64,000 nucleotides of DNA from Oikopleura dioica. Lineage: Eukaryota; Animalia; Chordata. The notes beneath the pieces were generated by a model. It was not told the DNA's origin. It did not search any database and worked only from the letters and a program-made list of their open reading frames with translations. Both the position numbers and the translations under genes were made by a program. The first letter of the stretch is position 1. Each line of letters starts with the position of its first letter. Location: assembly GCA_907165135.1 (NCBI GenBank), contig OU015570.1:2687929-2751928 (forward strand). The letters are read 5' to 3'. This document shows, one piece after another, positions 58,857 to 64,000 of this stretch.

Positions 58857-59745
58857 GAAAAATTTGCTAAAAACGTGGCTGCTGGAAAGAGCTCAATTGT
58901 AAACAGAGCAGTGAGATACAACTTATTGCTTCACAAGTTTACCTTATCCTCACTGATCTTTTGGAATTCCTCGGTCTCTTGGAAAACACTGCTCAACCTC
59001 AACAAGAAGAACAGTTCGTTGATAACCAGAATGAGAATGCTCCTCAGTCCGATCAACAAATTGAGTTCGTCGACGTTCCCAACTTTGATACAGTTACCTC
59101 GTATGGACAAAACATCATTGATCAGCTTATAAACTCAGGAAATCCCCCTGCGAGTAACGATCATTTATAAAAGAGGGAGGAATATATAGTGGTGTTTATC
59201 AATTCACATTTGCTCCGCGCTGCGCGCCATTCTCATTCACTGTCCACGAAGCTCTATTACACGCGCCGTGAAAGCGCTCGCCGCGCTCCGTGAAAGCTCA
59301 AGCCACATTCCTCAGACTGCTCAGCCACACTTCACAGAATATCTCACCACCCACCATAGAACACTCCACCACGTCTTACAAAACACTATATAAGAAACAT
59401 TTCTCTGTTCACACACACACACACTAAAATCAACTACCAACAAAACTTACTTTACTCTTTTGTATCCTGCTCCCGAATACAAATAAACCAGTCTCAACAA
59501 ACCCAATTTATGTACTTTGATAAACACGTACAAAAGACACTAGAAAATTTATCAATAGTCATGATTTTTAATCGAATTATAAGCCATTTCGTCTGCTTCA
59601 AATACTCTGCCCTCAAAAATTTACCCCGATTCTCGAGATTTGATCTGACGATGTTAACATCAAAAAGAAATTATCAACGCTATTAAGCACGCTGCGGGCC
59701 TGCGGCCCTTGCGCGCAAAATCTGGTAGAGAACTCATTTTGCAGG

Positions 59746-60271
59746 GGTTGAATCTTCCAACCTTTCGGGATCCCCAATGTTTCGGGATTTCCCGAAACAT
59801 TCGCAGTAAAAATGGGCCTTTTTGTCTTCTAACCTTTCGGGGATGATTTTTGAATGATTTCTGTCCGAGAAAATATCTAAAGCAAAATAGTTACGTCTAA
59901 GTACATCTTTATTGAAGCAAATGAAGGCACGAAGGAAAAAAATAATTTACACGAATAATTGGATTTATAACTCATGAAGTTCTCTATAAGACAGGCGCGG
60001 AGCGCACACATTCTCTTTGACTGCAAATTCACAATTGAAACAAAGTATGGCCTTCTTAGACCATCGAATTTGACGAAGGCAGCTAGAGTTATCTTTTTGA
60101 TAAGTAAAATGCCCGAATTCGGCATTTATACCCTTTTTTTATAACCGAAATTCCCGAATGATTCGGGCGATCCCGAAAGGTTCGGGAATTCCCGAAAGAT
60201 TCGGGAGTATTCCCGAAAGATTCGGGAAATCCCGAAACATTCGAGATCCCGAAAGGTTGGAAGTGACGACC
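59746..60271. mobile_element. GG-terminal TIR MITE with 9-bp TSD (Merlin- or MULE-like)
   Basis: TSD TTTTGCAGG at 59737-59745 and 60272-60280; ~50-bp TIR with TTCGGGA...TCCCGAA repeats. Confidence 0.85.
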
Positions 60272-60463
60272 TTTTGCAGGAGGCCAACTTTCTCTACTCT
60301 CGCGCCTCCATCTCTGAAAGATGTTGTTTTTCAAAGCTAAGGAATGTTGCCCTTGTTGCCATTTTCAGGTTTTGGAGACTTGAAGCTGTTTTTTTCGATA
60401 ATTCTGTTGCCCTTGTTGCCCTTGTTGCCCATGTTGCCATTTTCAGGTTTTTCGGGTCAGAAA

Positions 60464-60900
60464 GAGCGATGGCGTGCGAGAACGAGTTAAAGGGTCACGT
60501 GATTAGAAAAGCGAGGGCGCGCGAAAAAGGGTCATGTTGTTAGATAGAAAGAAGGCGCGCAAGAAAGAAGTAAGGGTCTGAAGGGGTCAGATAGAGCGAT
60601 GGCGTGCGAGAACGGGTGAAAGAGTTAAGGGTGTCAAGGGTTCAAAAAGAGCGACGGCGTGCGAGAACGAGTTAAAGGATCACGTGATTAGAAAAGCGAG
60701 GGCGCGCGAAGAAGGATCACGTGGTGAGATAGAGAGAAGGCGAACAAGAAAGAAGTGAGGGTCTGAAGGGGTCAGATAGAGCGACGGCGTGCGAGAACGG
60801 GTTAAAGGGTAACGTGATTGGAAAAGCGAGGGCGCGCAAAAAAGGATCACGTTGTTAGATAGAAAGAAGGCGTGCGAGAAAGGGTCAAGGGTGTCAAGTT
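60464..60900 (+). repeat. purine-rich higher-order tandem repeat (~130-bp unit made of ~30-bp subunits)
   Basis: GAGCGA(T/C)GGCGTGCGAGAACG and GAAAAGCGAGGGCGCGC recur 3-4 times. Confidence 0.8.
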
Positions 60901-61119
60901 GATTGAATAAAAGAAAAGTCCATGGAATTGGTTTAGGGTGTCAGGAGAAAAAAATAAGCTTGGTGTTGAAAGTTGATCGCAAATTCTTTAGGGTATCACT
61001 CTCGAAGAATATTAAAAATAAGAAAAATCCTAGTTGGTTAAGGGTGTCAAGCTTAAAAAAAACGGAGGGGGTTGAAAGTGGCACGAAACCAGAAGGAAGA
61101 CCTCTTTTGACAACTCCAT

Positions 61120-61949
61120 GGATATTTTTCAAAATGTGACTAGCGTCGTTTGTCCAGTTGTATGCAGATTTTGGAAGAATTTCTTCTACTTCTTTTGGCC
61201 CAGAAAGATATTTGAATGAAGCTTTATTCACAGATGCATCGCAGTCTGCGCATATAATGATCATCTTTTCTGGAAGATTCTGATGAATTCTGAGAATGAC
61301 TGTCTCAAACAAATAATTGATTCCGTAGATTTCAAGCCAAGACGCAGGAGTTCCTTTTGGTGCAAGCATTTTTCTAGCATTGTCGATTGATTTTTGAGTT
61401 GCTTCTTTTGTTTTCTTGAAAACAGCGCGGCCGAGAACATATGGGTGTCCATCCATGAGTCCAATAACAGATACGAAACAAGCCTGTGCATTATTACGCA
61501 AGAGGCCTCGGTCGTTGTACGCTCCGAAAAAATTCTTTTTGAATTTTCGCAGCTGAACTTTTTTGACCATCAGCACAGGGAGTCATTTCTCTTCACCAAC
61601 TGATTTTGCCGAGTAGCCAATTCCACCATTGTATCTTGTAAATTGAGATTCAGTTATACCAGCCATTGTCCTAGCGAAAATAACTGATCTATAGAACTCT
61701 TCGCCACAAGTCCAGAATTCGTGAGAGAAATCACAGTTTGAGCAGCTCAGTTTGTAGTGTTGGCGCATGTAGTCCAAAGATAAAAACATTCAGTTTCTCT
61801 ACATTTTCTGCAAGCAGAACATTCACAAGAGCAAGAAGTATGCTCTGGCAAGTGTACATGTATGATTCTCTCGACATTTCTTCCTTGATTTCTCTCGCTT
61901 TTTTCGCATTTTTCTCGTGAGCTTTACTTCTTGCCGATTTTCTCGGCAT
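61120..61949 (-). pseudogene. Kolobok-like DDE transposase relic, frameshifted and 3'-truncated
   Basis: MPRKSARSK start, CSNC, GAYNDRG..AC.VSVIG, ICADCDAS, DASHILKN: order and spacing recall Kolobok/Mutator-like transposases. Confidence 0.5.
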
Positions 61950-62879
61950 TTTGAATGAATTCATGATTGTAATTTTCAAATTATAAAAAGGAAACAAAGA
62001 TTAGCAAACTTACTTGGGTATTTAGCAGTTAGACTGAACCAAAATGAGTCGCTACTGTATTTGCAGAAGGATTGTAATTAGCGCGCTAATCGGTTTGTGA
62101 TTGTTTAGGCTTATATCTGCACAAAATTGACGGAAATGCTCAAGTTCTATTGATTTCTGTGCAAATTGAATATCAAGATAGAGATATACAGCGCAGATTT
62201 TCCAAAATAAATGAAAGAAGAGAAAGAGGGAGGCGAAAAATCGCGTTGCGCGCACGCGAGAATAAATTATCGGTCATTCCGAGTTCATCGAGCACAAATT
62301 TCTTAGTTTTCCCTATAACTATTAAAGCTTTTAAAAAGCTCTTTTCAACGATACGAATTTCATCGACTTCCTTTAAAAAACCTCGGAAGAGATAGACGAA
62401 GAAGAAAAACTCTTGAGATTAAATTGCAGCTAAACTAGATCAGCGAGGAAGAATTAATAAACACGACTAGACTGCTTGAAAAATTTAAGAGTGATCATAA
62501 AAATGAAATTTTTGAGTACGATTATTCTATCAGATTTGTGAGTCCGGGAAAAAGTGCTGAAAGCGCGCGCGTGAGGATCCTACTCTACCCTTAAGCAAAA
62601 TATTGATATTATAATTCAAAAGAGACATTACAGTATATCTACAAGAAAAAATCGTATCTTCTGATCGTCACGCATAGCCTATTATAGGCTATAAGGAAGC
62701 ACCTCATGGCGCTCGTCGGCGTAAAACCATCTACCTCTGCACAACATCTGTATACACAAAAGTAACTTACCTTGGGGTTAGAAAACCCAACCTAGCCTAA
62801 AGAGAGCTCACTCTTGAGAACTGTGCATGACGCGGAATAAACTTATATGCTTCTAAGCTTTTTATATACAATTGTAGTA

Positions 62880-63278
62880 CAGTTTTTTATGGAATTTTTG
62901 GACATCAAATTTTTGGACATTTTTGCTTTTTTATGGGGTTTTCTTGGGACACTTTTCAAAAGTGCCCGTATCAAATTTTTGGACATTTTCTGCGCCGTAT
63001 TTTTAAATTTTCTGTTATTTTTGCCAGATATGAAGTTTTTTCATATTAAAATCTTACTTTTTCTTTGAGAAAGATAAGATTGAAGGTTGATCTCGTACCC
63101 CTAAAACATTTTTTGTCTTTAGAAGAAGGATTAAACAAAGAATGATGGAGATTTTTCTCAAAAAAAATTTTTTAAGCGATTTGGATGGGATATTTTTTTT
63201 GGCCGCGTGTATCAAATTTATGGACATTTTCGCGAAAATCTTGGGACAAAAAATGTCCAAAAATTCCATAATTAACTG
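62880..63278. mobile_element. Tc1/mariner-type MITE (399 bp)
   Basis: TIR CAGTT..TTATGGAATTTTTGGACAT; TA on both sides; internal TTGGACAT repeats. Confidence 0.8.
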
Positions 63279-64000
63279 TATGTTATATTTGAGAGCAAAG
63301 TCAAACTACAACATTTGGTGTCAGAAGTTTAAAGAAACCCAGCGCCAGTTCAATACACCAATGCAAGTTAGCGAAAACGATTGACTACAATTACATCATT
63401 TGGTATAAAAACGAAGCCACACGCCAACCAGATGCCGCCTTTCTAGAACAACTCCCTTGTGCGCCGATTTTACGACAGTTGCAAAGCGTGCAACCAAGTA
63501 TTTCTTTCTTCCTCCCACTTCTGCATTAAATATGCAGACTGCCTATTGTTGCCAGTCAGGCGGAAACCATGTCGAAAATCAGCATCGAGGATTTAGTGTG
63601 AACAAGTCGGGGTTGAGAGAGGGCCAAAAATGAGAAAAATTGAAGAAAAAGGAAGAAGAAATATTTTTTTTAAAGAATACGAAAAAAGAGACAAGTGATC
63701 TTCAGAGTAAGCAGAGCTTACCCCTTAAAGATAAGTAAAGAAAAAATATATGAAGGCGCTATTTACATGAAGACGTATATGAGCAAAGTATATAATCAAT
63801 AATTAATGAGAATAATTAATTATAAGTGAGTTGAATAAATAATAAATACTTAATGAGAATAATACACGAGAATAAATAATAAGAATTTTTTAATTATTAA
63901 TAAATATATATACTCAATTATATTATAATTAATCCGATTGTTATAATATGGTAGGATATTTGACTCGAATATTTTGTTCAGGAAGGTGAAAGATAATGAA

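Larger units (their letters stand above)
54772..59532 (+). mobile_element. internally deleted gypsy LTR element (4761 bp)
   Basis: 348-bp LTRs at 54772-55119 and 59185-59532 (~6 substitutions), TSD AAAG, PBS TGGTGACTGAAG, PPT AAAAGAGGGAGGAA. Confidence 0.93.

Noticed and set aside
62050-62850. Second gene (KolX-like) divergent from the transposase
   Set aside because: Only short, stop-ridden protein-like pieces; no recognisable motif

Overview
Eukaryotic, AT-rich, transposon-dense window with no recognisable rRNA, tRNA or CRISPR. Tiny GT-AG/GC-AG introns plus env-bearing Ty3/gypsy elements suggest a larvacean tunicate genome (Oikopleura-type Tor elements); this assignment is inference. The centrepiece is a ~20.25 kb env-carrying LTR element (32030-52280). 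It has ~1 kb LTRs, a PBS and a PPT, and its 5-bp TSD (TAAGT) splits the integrase of an older gypsy element. After gag-pol-env it carries ~9.5 kb of cargo: a small TM ORF, a 5-exon Zn-finger/RING gene, a tail-anchored Bcl-2-like candidate and a 380-aa orphan ORF bracketed by CTCF-like motif arrays. Its 5' part plus flank is tandemly duplicated (25348-30572) through a snap-back templated junction. Also present: an env-less gypsy 3' half (1-3558); a battery of small-intron orphan genes, each preceded by a similar AATTATTC array (4.5-10 kb); a second decayed gag-pol-env-ORF4 element (13.1-23.1 kb); a further env fragment; an internally deleted LTR element (54772-59532); a Kolobok-like transposase relic; and about ten TIR MITEs, most with verifiable TSDs. 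Protein-family calls are by eye from motifs; no searches were run.
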